Source: Nitrospirales bacterium (lineage in GTDB: Bacteria > Nitrospirota > Nitrospiria > Nitrospirales > UBA8639). Taken from it: a stretch of 64,000 nucleotides of DNA. The notes under the pieces are model-generated. The model saw only the letters and a list, made by a program, of their open reading frames with translations, searched no databases and was not told the DNA's origin. Shown here piece by piece: positions 12,743 through 28,489 of the stretch (within the stretch, counting starts at the first letter, position 1; every line of letters begins with the position of its first letter). The DNA is taken from the NCBI GenBank assembly GCA_965203295.1, contig CBDBCZ010000015.1, positions 384,001 through 448,000 on the forward strand, given 5' to 3'. The position numbers were made by a program, and so were the translations under genes.

Positions 12743-13960
12743 ACATATGCCTGTATCAACCTCTTTAGAAAATACCATAATAACACTCTTTTTATGTTAG
12801 ATTTCAACCTCCATTTATTACAAAACCCCTGTACTACATTAATCAATGTTTGTAAGTCCTCAGCATTAGGAGTTAAACCTACAAAATCATTGGCAAACAT
12901 TAGACCCCCAACCTGAACATCCTTCTTAATATTAATGCCAATCACAGCCTTCTCAACCTCATCTAACAACTGATTAATAGAGTTAAATAAGATAGGTGAC
13001 ATACTACAAATCTGTGCCACCCCCTGACCTATATCAGATATTTCTCTCTTCAGTAAAACAGCACTCTGTGTGATCATGTCAACTCTGTCAAGTACTTCTG
13101 AACATTTAAAAAAAAAAAAGCTTAAGTGTTCCTCATTCTACCTGGTATGATTTCATTGAGAGCAAAGATGCCATCAACATGACTCATTTTCTCTCTAAAT
13201 CTTCATAAAGAGCTCTTTCTTATTCTAATGTGATTACTATGCGATTGTTTAGAACAATTTTCCTCCCACATTCAATAATGTAATGCCTCTGTAATTACCC
13301 GGGCCCTCAGTATCACCTTTCTTATACAAGCTAAAAATTAACACTTGTCCTCTTTGTTTTGGAACAGTCTCCACTGTACAAACTACTTCAGATTAGACTT
13401 TCAACAGACTAATGACAAGCCAATCATTACCTCCTGCATTATTATTCTTTAAGGTTTTAGTTAAATTTCTGCAAAACTAATTCCACTGTCCAAAACCTTA
13501 ACCTTCCGTAATTGAGACATTTCACTATACTCTGTCACTTTCTGCCCTACATGCTCTTTCCAGCTAGCATCAAACTGAACATCTGCAGATGCTGTAGACA
13601 GTCTTTCATAATGCTCACATAATACTCCCTTGGTACTGGTTACACATGAACCCTCAAATAAGCAATATACCCTTACGACTACCCTTTGAAGATCCTGCCA
13701 ACAAATGCCCAAGAACTCTTTCCTGTTTTCATGAAAATCTTTATTAGCCTTTTCAATCACTTCATTTCAACTATCTATACCAATTCCTTGATTTCCGAAC
13801 ATAGTTTGTAACACTCTCCCCATTTATCTTCCCTGCTAATACTAATCTCCTTGTAAACCAGTCTCCTTATCATAATCTTCTCCTTAATCTCCCCGTTCCA
13901 CCACCTCACCGCTTTGCCACACATTATCGCCTTTTCTCCGATTTCCCTACCATCACAGAT
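12743..13960 (-). mobile_element. Non-LTR retrotransposon (LINE) reverse-transcriptase remnant
   Basis: Frameshifted RT motifs DPGNYRGIT, IGQGVAQICSMSP and GGLMFANDFVG (FADD-type box). Confidence 0.85.
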
Positions 13961-16232
13961 AAGCAGTAATTAATGCAACTGTTAGCTATGTCCTGTCTCT
14001 GGCACACTTTTATGTAATGCATACCTAACTTTTAAACTGTATGTTTGTGGGGGGGGGGAATCAAAAGTAGATAACTAGACTAAGTCTTTGTCGTCTTGAA
14101 GATGCAAGACTGTCATTATTTTCAGTATAAGTCCATAAAGACCAGTGTTTCCTTTGAAAATACTGCTGCACAGCTTTGAAGGAAAGTTAAAAATACATAT
14201 AAAATTGGTTTTGTACATTTCATTGATTGGATAAAGTAATAGTACATCTGTGTAGTTTGAGCAGTGGTTGAAAGTTTTGTTCCCTTGGTTCAATAGTTGT
14301 TGGGTTCATGGTTCGAAAATCAGGCTCTATCTGCACAAATTCTATTGCTGGTTAGGCCACACGTTTCTGAACATATTTCAAAGAGGAGTAAAGGCATGAA
14401 TGGCTGCAGTCATGTACAGATAGAGAGCAGGACCAATAAGGATTTACTACTTATGTACCTCTGAGTCATTGTGTTAAGCAAGCATAAAAGTCTCTGGAAT
14501 GAACAGTGACTATGGTGACAGCTAGTGTATTAGGTCTCTGCGATATGTGGCATACATATAGAGCTTGTAATAGAGTCTTGAGCTGATCCGATTCACTTGG
14601 TAGAGACAATGATGGCCAAGTGTTCATGTTATTCTTCGTAACATCACCGGCTTCATACACTGTTTTACCACCCAGGGTAGGAAGCCAGAAGGCAAAGTTA
14701 CGTCAGAAAAATACCAGGCTGTACAAAAAGAGAGTAAGTCACAGTGTTACTGCATGAGCCTGTCAGTATAGTACTTTCAAAAACAATAATCATCGATCCT
14801 GCTAATACTGCATAAGTTGTTTTATACATACTGAGCTCTGGCATTCAGATTCTACAAATAGGCTATGCATACGTATTAGAGTGTACTAGTCAGATTTGTA
14901 CCGAGGCGTTATTGGCTCTATGATAGTGTTTCTGTAACTGCATCTACAAAGGTGATTACAATGTCATGTTGACTATTGTATAATGTTTATACTGCCGTGC
15001 AGGTAGTGAGCTCACACACATCACAAGCAGTGGCTGGAGCTCAACAGTATCCGAGCACCCAAATGAAAATTTACAAGCTCTACCAGAGAGTGCATCAGTG
15101 GTGATTTCAAATGCAGATACCTTGGACAACAGCATAAAGATTGATTTAGAAGCAGGAAGTCAAGATTCAAGTGGACGAGACTTTCTCTTCGTGACTATTT
15201 ACATGTGATGAAGCTGTCGTCACACGTTGAACCGTTCTTTTTTTATTTCATGTGAGTATGCCTCATTTGTGCTGCATATACTTGCATGACATTGTAGAAG
15301 TCTTATTTCAGATTTTGTACAATGTTTATCCTGCATGCTATTGCTGATAATTATTGTAACAGTATTATTATTTTATTACTCCTTTTGGGGCGAGCGTGAA
15401 TTACTATTTTTTTTTGTATCACTCCTTTTATGGCGAGTTTTTATTTATTTTTTTATACTATATACTCTTTTTGGGACGAGCGTGATTATTTCTTTTGTAT
15501 TACTACATGTAGTAATTTCCCTTTACGAGCGCGAGCGAGCCCCCCCGTCCGTGCGCATGGACTATTCCGTAAAAACGTTAGCATGCCTATTTCAAATACT
15601 GTTGTCACGCGTTTCAACTGCTTTACTCTTATAATCCTCTGTAACATGAGCGTGCACTCTGGAGAGAGAGAATGAGTGACTTGTGTAGACAGCGGACACT
15701 GGAACGGCGCAGACAGCGCTACAAAGGAGTGCGGCCGAAACCCCTGTGGAGAAGGACAGAAGGCTACAGAACGAGCGAGCACGGTGAAGGCGGAGACTGT
15801 TGGGTGAGTCGGCTGAACGCGGCTAAGGAGGCCAACGATCGAACGAACGCTTACATGTACGCAGGCGAGAACGCAAGGCAGCAGCGCAAGGGCAGAGAAT
15901 GATGAAGTCCCGCGATGCCATGAACTTTGAGGAGAAGATGGCATGTCTCCTGTGCAGAGTAGTCCCTCTCTGCAGTCGTGTTTATCAGGAGCTTCTGAAC
16001 TGCCTTCAGCGACTTGTCATCATCATTCACAACAGCAGCATACACATCCTGTGACCGTGGCTCGCATAAATTGGTGGCCGCTAACTGGTGTCGAGGTTGC
16101 AGCTGTTCTGTCACTAGACACGTTTTTAGCTTGCCTTGTCTGCAAGTCTCAAATCACCCCCACAACTGAACGGCTGGGTAGATGTGCAAAGTGCGATGCT
16201 CTTCAAGCACTTAAACACTGTAAGAAACAGTG
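12743..16232. repeat. Left arm of ~3.5-kb inverted segmental duplication
   Basis: Reverse complement of 17746-21272 throughout, with scattered substitutions and indels. Confidence 0.9.
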
Positions 16233-16255
16233 GAGTGCTAAGCTCACCTTTCTTT
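15386..16255 (+). mobile_element. Helitron/Helentron deletion derivative, copy 1 (3'-truncated)
   Basis: 5' end TGGGGCGAGCGTGA / CGAGCGCGAGCGAGCCCCCC. The minus strand encodes AVQKLLINTTAERDYSAQETCHLLL (Rep-helicase RDxSAQE motif). The plus strand encodes LACLVCKSQITPTTERLGRCAKC...KQWSAKL (RPA70-C-like Zn ribbon). Confidence 0.65.
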
Positions 16256-17257
16256 CATAACACTCAATGTTTTTGGCACCTCCAAAATCATCGATTCCGA
16301 TCTGTGAAGGCCTTTTCCTTGACTCTTTTTGGTAATGGTTGCTGCCTTGTGCTCTTTATTACATGGAAGAAATAGGTTTACATGATGCTATAGATACATA
16401 TGATATGCATACTTAGCAACCACAGTTAGTTGCACGAGGCAATAACTGTTACACTATGTTAGAGCAGTTGTGATAGAGACCCCCACCAAACATTGTCAGG
16501 GCATAGATAGTCGAGTAGAAGGACAGGGATTGGAAACTCAAGTAACACATATTGCACATTTTGTACTATTTGTATACTACAATTCTACTCTACTATCTAT
16601 GGTCAGGGAGTCTAATTTACAGCGCAAGACTCTATGTCAAAGACTTTCAATGTCAATGGCTATCACTTAACGTCTAACAGCAAAAAATGTGTCAAAGACT
16701 AGCTACTTTATTTTGTAGGTCTACAGAGGTTTGCACTCGAAAAAATACAAGGCCTAAGCTTACTCTAACGCTACAGATGAAAGGCTCATTACTGAGCAGG
16801 GCAAGCTTTCTGGTTTCTACTCTGCACAGTCTCTTGCAAGCTTTTGCAAACCTCTGTACCGACACGGGAGCTAGTTTCGCGAGCCAGACTGTACCCCATT
16901 TTGGGGGTCCCAATATCGCGCGTAGTCTGGCTACGCGAGACTATATCGCGCGTACACCTGGGCCAGCTACGTACCCTGGCTGACCAAATTACAGTACAGA
17001 ACGGGTATATATTAGCGAGTACAATCTTACATAGCTTTAATCTCCCGTTGTATGAGTGGCCAGCAAGTTTGAAATTCTCTCTACCCCTCCCTGACGAAGA
17101 TTCCCGACGCTTCAGCGAGGCTTTGTCCATGACGGCGCACAAACGCATTCATTGTGAATGAATGGGGGTGGGGCTGTCTAGACCTGTACCTGTACGCATA
17201 CGCACAGTATTCAGAACTGTGTGGGCGCATAGATATTATCTACGAGGTGAATGCAGA

Positions 17258-17305
17258 CATAGATAATAGAGTATTATCATCTATTATCTATCTCTATTAT
17301 CTATG
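17258..17305. mobile_element. 48-bp MITE with CATAG termini and 7-bp TSD (P-element-like)
   Basis: TIR CATAGATAATAGAG / CTCTATTATCTATG. ATGCAGA is duplicated at 17251-17257 and 17306-17312. Confidence 0.7.
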
Positions 17306-17745
17306 ATGCAGAGCTCTGTGGGGCGAGCGTAAGCGAGTTCATCATGCATAACTGACTTTGATATGATCATCATTATAATATGGAGGGATATAGTTGAGAA
17401 AAACTCAAATGTTAGTGTGGTTTGTACTTAATGCCTGTGAATGCCAGTGAGGCTGTACATCAAAGTAAACGGAGGGGCAGATAGGAGGGAAGTTTCAGTG
17501 ACGACTTCATCTTGCATGTGCATGCAATGTCGACAAATTAAGATTGGCTAATACGGTCTGGCGTATCACGAACACAGAATTTCTTCTATGATCTCATGTT
17601 TGGACCCAGGGTAGTTCATTATGTACATACAGTAGGCACAGTGTCACATTGCAGATTGCTTCTGTTACAGTTTTTTCACGCGCTCTTGCTGGCCTTTGCA
17701 TGAACACGATCAGCCAAGTATGATGTGTGGGCTGGATAGCCCCTT

Positions 17746-21272
<3,527 letters not shown>

Positions 21273-22430
21273 ACATGGAAGTGGGAAGATAAAGACATTC
21301 CAGAGGTTGTAATTTACTGTTACTTGGGCATTGAATTTGCAAATATTGGTTCATGGATAGTCATGAACAGAAGGTAATAAATAGTGGAAAGAAAAAATCT
21401 ACATAGGTTTTTGGTAATAGTAATATCAGTACAGTTGCAAGAAGGATAATTAATGTTAGTTCCAGTACTTCACCCTCCTTTAGAATAGGGTAGTAAAGTG
21501 TGGGCTTGTAGTACATGGCAGACAGCTTCCTTGGAATTTATTCAGCTAGGAGCAGCTAAAAATATACTTGGCTGCTCTTCTAAAACGTGTAATGAAGCAG
21601 TATGGGGTTAGAATCTTTTGAAAGGCAGGAGGCATAGGTGCAGACTTAAGTGGTGTTATAAAGTCAGTAATTTGCATGATAAGAAATATCCTAGCTTACT
21701 AGACAGTGAGTGGTAAGAGAAATCGTGCAGAGCTAGGCAAAGGAAGACCTGGAAGAGAGTAGGTAGTAAATTGTTTCTGCAGTCATTAAATCAAGAGAGT
21801 CAGGATATATTCGCTGAAGAGTACAAACTATTGACCGTATCTAAGCTCCCCCCTAAAAATCGTCTAATTCTCTCACAAATATATTTCTAATGGTAGACAC
21901 TCCCAGAGCACATGTACTACACTCCCACATTGCACCCCACATAACTTACACTGCCTCATCACCTAACTCTTTATTCAGACCATAAGTACCTTGAGCCTAA
22001 ATTTAAACATCAATCATGTTCCTGGATCCCCAACCCCTGCAAGTAATTCTATTTTTTTAAAAAAAGACTTGTACAGCCTCAGCTTATCAGTATTTATATC
22101 TTAACACTTCATCTACTCTCTCTAGGAACAAATTTACATTTGAGAGAACAGGCTTTGTTTTAGGGTGTGAGAACTGCGACAGGTATGATTTTAGGGGTGT
22201 ATTAAGAGTAGTTATTGATCAGGGATACTAGGAAGAATAAATTATGTTGTGATCAAAATAATGAAACATCTGTTTGTTCTTGCTCTTGTCCTCGGACTGG
22301 AGATCTTACAACTGTGTATGTGTGTGCGTGGTCAATGGCATATGCGCTACAACAGCGACACAAGTAAATTACAACCTATCTGCATTATATCAGCTGCAGT
22401 TGACGTGCCATTCTTGTGATATGTACAAAC

Positions 22431-23934
22431 CTGTGAAACAGTGTATCCCTTGCGGAAAGTACTGAAAGAAACAGAGCTACTCTTTCGAGTAGACCTAAAG
22501 GTAGAGCTGGCTTTACTGCTTGGGTACTGTGCCACACCTGAGAGAAGAGAGAGCAGGAATATTAAGCATGGACAAACCTGTCAGATCTGACGATAAAGGA
22601 CCAGGCATAAAAGGTACCCCTCTTGTTGTCTAGATGTTTTCACTCAAGAGTTCTACCATGATTTTGTTCATGGCTAGGAATGATGATGACTCCTTGTATT
22701 TACTATGTAAGGTACATGTAGGTGGTACCACATCATTGAACACATTAATTACAACTGCTTGCTAAACCTTAGTCATCAATGTTTATAGGGGTGAGGATTT
22801 TACGAAACTAGATTGCACCATTGCATATCTTCAGTTTGAACACATACAAAACCCACCTTTTCACTTAGAACATGAAACTGGAAAATGCAAAATGTTGTAA
22901 TTCGAAGTTCACGAGGAAGCCTTAGGAATTATAAAACCTTCTGTGACTTCTTGAAGGCAGAGGTTAAGTGAATCTATTGGCAAAGTAAAGATTAACAGCT
23001 ACGTAGCTTGGCCTAAGCTGAGTCGTGTGTATTATATGGGAAAGGTGTCCGGCTGGTTTTTTAGGCATGAAATGTCAGACTTGTTTTTCTAAATAATAGG
23101 AATAGGGTAGCCATACAGTACAGAGTAAAAATTTAACCATGGATAATATAGACACGTAAACGTGTCTATGATTTAACTCCCAAGTATAGAGAAATAGTGA
23201 CTCTAAAGTATTTTTGATCTCACTTAACATGTGAAGCTTATGTGTCGTGTGACATAGTTAATCGCAAGCGGCATGAAACTGCCACCACGAACTGTCTGAC
23301 AACGACAATATGGCCATGCATTCACAGATTTGTAGCGACCCAGTTCATTAAAGCCTATGAGCAAGTTCAGTATACACGCTATCTACGTACATGCAGCACC
23401 AAATTTTGCAGGTCTATGAATTACGTAGTTCAATACCACAGATGTTTTGAGAGAACAATTAAAGATTGTGCCATAATTTTAATTTACATGTGTAATACTA
23501 TTTACGTAAACATATCAATATTATACTCTTATTGTGCGTGAATTTAATAACAGGGAGTGTCCAATCAGCCATTAATTGACTGGTCTCCCTGGAAGTTCTG
23601 CATGGAATTCAACAATACCCAATAAGATACTATGGCACTGATTCTGTGGTCCCTACTAATAAGGAGTTCATAATTTTACGGTAATACCACACTCACCTCC
23701 ATACTCTCCAAGTTCCTGTGTCCTTCCGCTCTTTTGATCTTTCAGTGATGGGGATGCAGCTAGCCTAGAGTTCTGAGATGTAGTCGCGCGGGCCAGACTT
23801 TGCGAGACTACTTGAGATGGGGCAATGTGCGCTACAGCCATGCATATAGCTGCGGGGCCCCGAGATCTAGATCGGGGTCTAGAAATCAAGTGCCACGTGC
23901 GGATCCACGGTTCGGAAATTGCTAGCGAATCCAT
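22431..23934 (-). other. Possible first two exons of an unidentified gene or pseudogene (23934-23697, 22537-22431)
   Basis: ATG at 23934, strong donor GAG|GTGAGT, polypyrimidine acceptor CTCTCTCTTCTCTCAG and matching phase 1. The product is Ser/Arg-rich with no recognisable domain. The paralogous exon at ~47676-47910 differs by a 2-nt indel. Confidence 0.3.
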
Positions 23935-24264
23935 GCTGCTGCGAGAGTACAACTCCAGCTAGCACGTGGTGTCGACCTCAACGCGAGATATCACCATGAT
24001 TTGCAGGCTTTGTTCTGACACCGTGCCCTGGGGGTGCTATAGTCACACTGCATGCTGGCAGTTAAAAGGAAGCCTTGTCTTCGATGCGCTGAAAACGGAG
24101 CAAGGTACGTATGAGCATGCTCTATAATTTATCTATTGGTACACTACGCAATAAGATAAGAATGCAAAATAGGTTACGCACAGCCATTGCCTATTCGCTG
24201 TACTTGTACAGGCATCTTGCAACATGCACTTGCAAGGCCTCTAGACCACACGTGTTCAGGTATT

Positions 24265-24675
24265 GGGTTATTCCATTTTATACCCGTACACCCCCTATGG
24301 ATGACAAAATTTCACAAAGTGGTTTTGTCCAGGGTACCAATGAGACATTTGTCCGGGGGTTCTTTTTGAATATTGGGATGTGTCCAGGGGTCAAAATCGC
24401 CATGTCCAGGGGGTGCTATACAGAAAAAAAGTGTGTCTAGGGGGTTCAGCGAATAGTAACACCATTTCATTCTTCTTGTCCAGGGGTTCACTGTGAAATC
24501 CAAGTTGTCCAGGGGTAAGAAATTATTATGTCCAGGGGTAACATCAAAAACCATACGCGTCCAGAGGTCAAAATCTCAGTATCCGGGGGCAAAATTATAG
24601 AAAAATCTTGTCCAGGGGACAAAAGGCGAAAGTTGTCATCCATAGGTGGTGTACAGTTATAAAATGGAATAGCCC
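24265..24675. mobile_element. MITE with ~45-bp TIRs, GGG..CCC ends, 3-bp ATT TSD and an internal TGTCCAGGGG array (PIF/Harbinger-related); second copy at 48249-48657
   Basis: GGG(T/C)TATTCCATTTTATACCCGTACACC.CCTATGGATGACAA ... TTGTCATCCATAGGTGGTGTACAGTTATAAAATGGAATAGCCC, flanked by ATT on both sides. Confidence 0.75.
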
Positions 24676-25620
24676 ATTCAGCAAACAACATAATGAATGT
24701 GATTAAGCTTATCATAATTGCTGTAGCGTATGCAATCATAGAGCTAGCTAGTCAAAAGGTGTACATCCATATCTCATTTTTATGATGAGAGTAGAGTAGA
24801 AGAGCTAACCTTCCTTCTACTTTATTCTCCATAGAATGATCACTGCATCGATTCGCTCAGAGCGTCTGGCCAGAGGGGGGAGGGGGAGGCTGGCAACAAG
24901 GCTAGTACGGTAAGCTAACTGCTCATAATTATTATAGCACAGAGTGTGAAAGATGTTTCTGGGAGCAAATTTTTAATAGTTTATAACCACTAAAGTAAGG
25001 TAGTCTCACTCCACTAAAGTAAGGTAGTCTCACTCAAGAAATTCGCTAGCTTATTGAAAGGAAAGTGCTTGGATTACAGTACCACAATGCCCTTTTTCAC
25101 CAAATTTTTTGTGAGTTATGCCTTCATTCAGACCAGTGCAACATCATGTCTCGAGTAAGACACTCTGGCTTTACTTTTATTGTGAAATATGCTGTATGGT
25201 GGACTAGATTATTCCAGCGATTAAACTTAATCCCCGTTTCTTGTTTGTGTCCCAACTGAATGGAGGAAGTCATGTTTGCACTGCAGCATCGGGGGGCTCA
25301 CTCCCCAAATGCAGGAATTCATGTTTTTCTATTGCAAGCGCCAAATTCTGGGGGAGGTCTGGGATTGAGTACGCACTGCTGTATATTTTATGTGTGTGTG
25401 TAGCCTTGTTCCCAGTCTCCACTCTCCAGCTTTTTTGCACACTGGAAAAAGTTAGTGAGGAGTGGAGACTGGGAACATGGCTACATAGTGTGTGTGCTAA
25501 AAGTACATCCCACCATGAGACAATTTAAGACTTCCTTAATGCTGCAGTGTTACCATGTTATGACTGATTAGATGCATGTTGTGATCGTCACATTAGATGC
25601 AAATCCAGACTTGATATTAA

Positions 25621-26207
25621 CCCTTTGGCTTCCTAGATTTGTGAATATTATTTTAGTCTGTGAGCTTACTTCCAGTAATCTGAATTATTACTGTCTCCTG
25701 CTAGGCCCTACTGCACTGTAGAATGCCCTGAGGGAAATCCCCTGAGGCGCTAGGAACGATGCGTTGCCATGGAAACACGTGTTAGGTTACGTGACTTGTA
25801 AAAGCGATGTAAACTTGTGATTTTCAGGCTGAGCACAGTAGTTAGCTAAAGCACGGAGTATGATGACTGATAGGCAGTAGCTACAGTATAGAATAGGCTC
25901 TGGAGATGCACAGACGGGTCACAGACACAGAGAACCTACAGAAACTGAGAAGACCAGAAGGAAGCACCGACCAGACAAGTTGCAGCGCGGACTAGCGCAT
26001 TAGCGCACGAGAGCGACATTTTTGTGGTTGTTATATCCGTACAGGAAGCTATGAATATTTATAAAATATATATCAGTACAGAGGTCAATACATGCGCAAA
26101 GTAAACAGGATATAATCGTTGTGGTTGCTGCGTACTACGCGGCACTACGTGGCTGATAAGACCAGGCATTTTAAGAGCGCCATTTGGCGCTCTCGGAAGC
26201 CAAAGGG
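25621..26207. mobile_element. Non-autonomous piggyBac element
   Basis: TTAA|CCCTTTGGCTTCC ... GGAAGCCAAAGGG|TTAA. The empty TTAA site is at 49575-49578 in the duplicate. Confidence 0.92.
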
Positions 26208-26884
26208 TTAATTAATGCATGCCTAGCTTGGCGCTGAGAGCGAAAATAGCCTGTTTCCCAAGCCATGTATTGTTTTTGACTGCCTGGCAACACGGCTAGA
26301 AGGGGGAACCCGGTTGTACGTGGGTGGGCTCCAGGATCCAAATGAGTACTACTTAAACACGCATTACTAACCATGCGTAAGGTTTTAGTTCTTATGACTG
26401 ATTAGATGCATGTTGTTGCATGCTGTAGCAGCTTCCAAAGTGGGTGCGGTTTGTGATTCCTCTCTATAGCTCGATCTAGCTCTCCACGTGTCTCTGCGCG
26501 ATGCCTCCCTGTGCATGCATATGTCTAGTAGAGCCATTGGGTGAGGACCTTTGCGCAGTATTACTATGTAGTCTTGTTAGACAAGCTCAGTCCGGTAACC
26601 AATAATGTGCATAGGGCCTGCATGAATATTCTCATGAATATTCGTATTATGTACCACAATACTGTTGTAACTCATCATACCAGCAGGGTTGAAAGTTTAA
26701 GTGCTGGGAATATAGCTACAAGGGAACAAGTTTTATGTTTCCATGCGCATAAACATAACAGCACATGTTCTCTTTTGCCTCCATTATACAATGTTAGAAC
26801 TGCCCTGAAAGCTAGGATAGTTAATGGTCAATTACTTATACTATGTTTCAGGGACTATTATGTTTAATTATTGTACACTTTCAG

Positions 26885-28075
26885 GGAAAGTCCATTAATA
26901 GCCAACACAAGGGTAAAAATGATAACAGGCAGTGTAAGTTATGTGGGGAAGAATGTGAGAGTGTAGTACATGTGCTCTGGCAGTGTCCTGTGTATGATAC
27001 CATTAGAAATCTTTTGAGGGGGGGGGGGGGAGGAGCTCTGAAGAGTTTAGTACGCTCAATAATTTTAAGAAAACAGCCTCTGTTTTTAGGGTGTGAGATT
27101 TGGGACCTCTCATTTCAAAGAATACATTATGGTTGGACCAGGCAGCATGACAGCTGAGAGCTGACAGCCAGCAAATTGTTGATAGTGCCCAACTTGTACC
27201 GCAAAACAAGTCAACTGTACACCACAAAACTAGCTACTTGTACATAAAATAGGCTGGGATGGGCCAAACAAGGAGTAATGTGGGCACAACATATTTAGGA
27301 CACATGGCCAGTGTGCGCAGGGGAAAAAACACTATCACTTAAAAAACCTCAACATGTGAGGAAAAACAGTGAGGTGAAAAAACCAAAGTAAACAAAACCT
27401 CCCAGCAACACACAGCAACACACACACAAAATGAATGCACAATTGTCCACTCCATACGGTCTCTGGACATGCACTTGGCTTCTAGAACCGTCTCTGCACT
27501 GGTGTCAACTCCATACAGCCTCCGTAGGTGCGCTCAGCATACAGAAGTCTTGCCACCAGCTCAAGACGGCTGTCAAACTCCATATGGTCTCAGTAAATGG
27601 AGGTCAGGCTTTCACAGCCCGATGTACCTCAGCAGGGAAAAAAAAACACTCCACATGACTACTGTATTATATATACTCCCACCACAATCCTTCACTTCAC
27701 TGCTGCTGCTGCCGAGAGATGCTCCAAGCAGCCCCAGCATAAGCTTATATACCCACAGCCCAGCCTAGTAGCAACCAGTTGGAATTTTCCGCCACACTGG
27801 CGGTTGCTTAGCTCTAGCTAACTGCGCATGCAACAATGAGAGCGCATTTTCCATTTAATTCACTGCGCTCAAACAACAGAAAATATACAGGTATAATTTT
27901 AAGGCTTATTTAAGACTAGTTAAGATGTATTATTAATCTGGATACTAAGAAGATATAGTGATCAGGATGTTGTAACATCTGATTGCTCTTCCTCTTGTCT
28001 TCTGACTGGAGATGTTACAAGCGCTGCCTGTGTATGTGGGTGTGTGGTCAATGACATAAGTGCTACGGCAGCGAC
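26885..28075 (+). mobile_element. LINE 3' fragment (CCHC zinc knuckle plus tail) split by a ~780-bp insertion; duplicate at ~50250-51445
   Basis: CKLCGEECESVVHVLWQCPVY. The LINE sequence GGGAC|AGGTAT (compare 22176-22186) is interrupted at 27107-27886. Confidence 0.8.
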
Positions 28076-28250
28076 ATTAGAATATTATACATACATGTAG
28101 TTATCCTACGTTTTAGGGCGTTCAAACATTGTGCACAACCCAGATAATTCATCTTGCAGTTATCAGTTGGGTGAAAATTCCTACTCTTAATACCTTCCAC
28201 CTCCCTACATTATATTGCTGTTCTGAACTTTGTTTTGCCTTTACCCTCAG

Positions 28251-28489
28251 CTCAGCGTGGTTCTGATGACAGTACAACTGTGGTAGCAGTGGTTGTGCCA
28301 TTGTCTATCATCCTTGTTGCCCTCTTGGTTGTCGCAGTCTTCGGAGTAGTGTTCGTTGCTGTCAAACATGGAGGCACAAAGTCCTCAGTGTATGAGCTGA
28401 ATGGTGAATTGCAAGAAAAGAAAGCTCATCCAGAAAGTATAATTGAAGATTATTGCCTCCCAGAAAATGAACCATCAATGGAGGTTCAG
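28251..28489 (+). other. Orphan exon encoding the transmembrane helix and juxtamembrane tail of a single-pass receptor
   Basis: AG/GT-bounded and open: VVAVVVPLSIILVALLVVAVFGVVFVAV, then KH and SSVYEL / EDY tyrosine motifs. No neighbouring exons identified. Confidence 0.6.

Larger units (their letters stand above)
23004..28179 (+). repeat. Direct segmental duplication, copy 1
   Basis: Near-identical to 46977-51545 apart from a 587-bp piggyBac MITE, a 24-bp tandem duplication (~24988-25035) and small indels. Confidence 0.95.

Noticed and set aside
16233..17160. Gene in the spacer of the inverted repeat (e.g. MDKASLKRRESSSGRG.. on minus)
   Set aside because: A possible first exon with a GT donor, but no recognisable product or consistent downstream exon chain.
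27444..27591. CRISPR array
   Set aside because: Only three imperfect 20-bp repeats with unequal spacers, no cas genes, and a spliceosomal-intron eukaryotic context. Kept only as an unexplained repeat-spacer motif.
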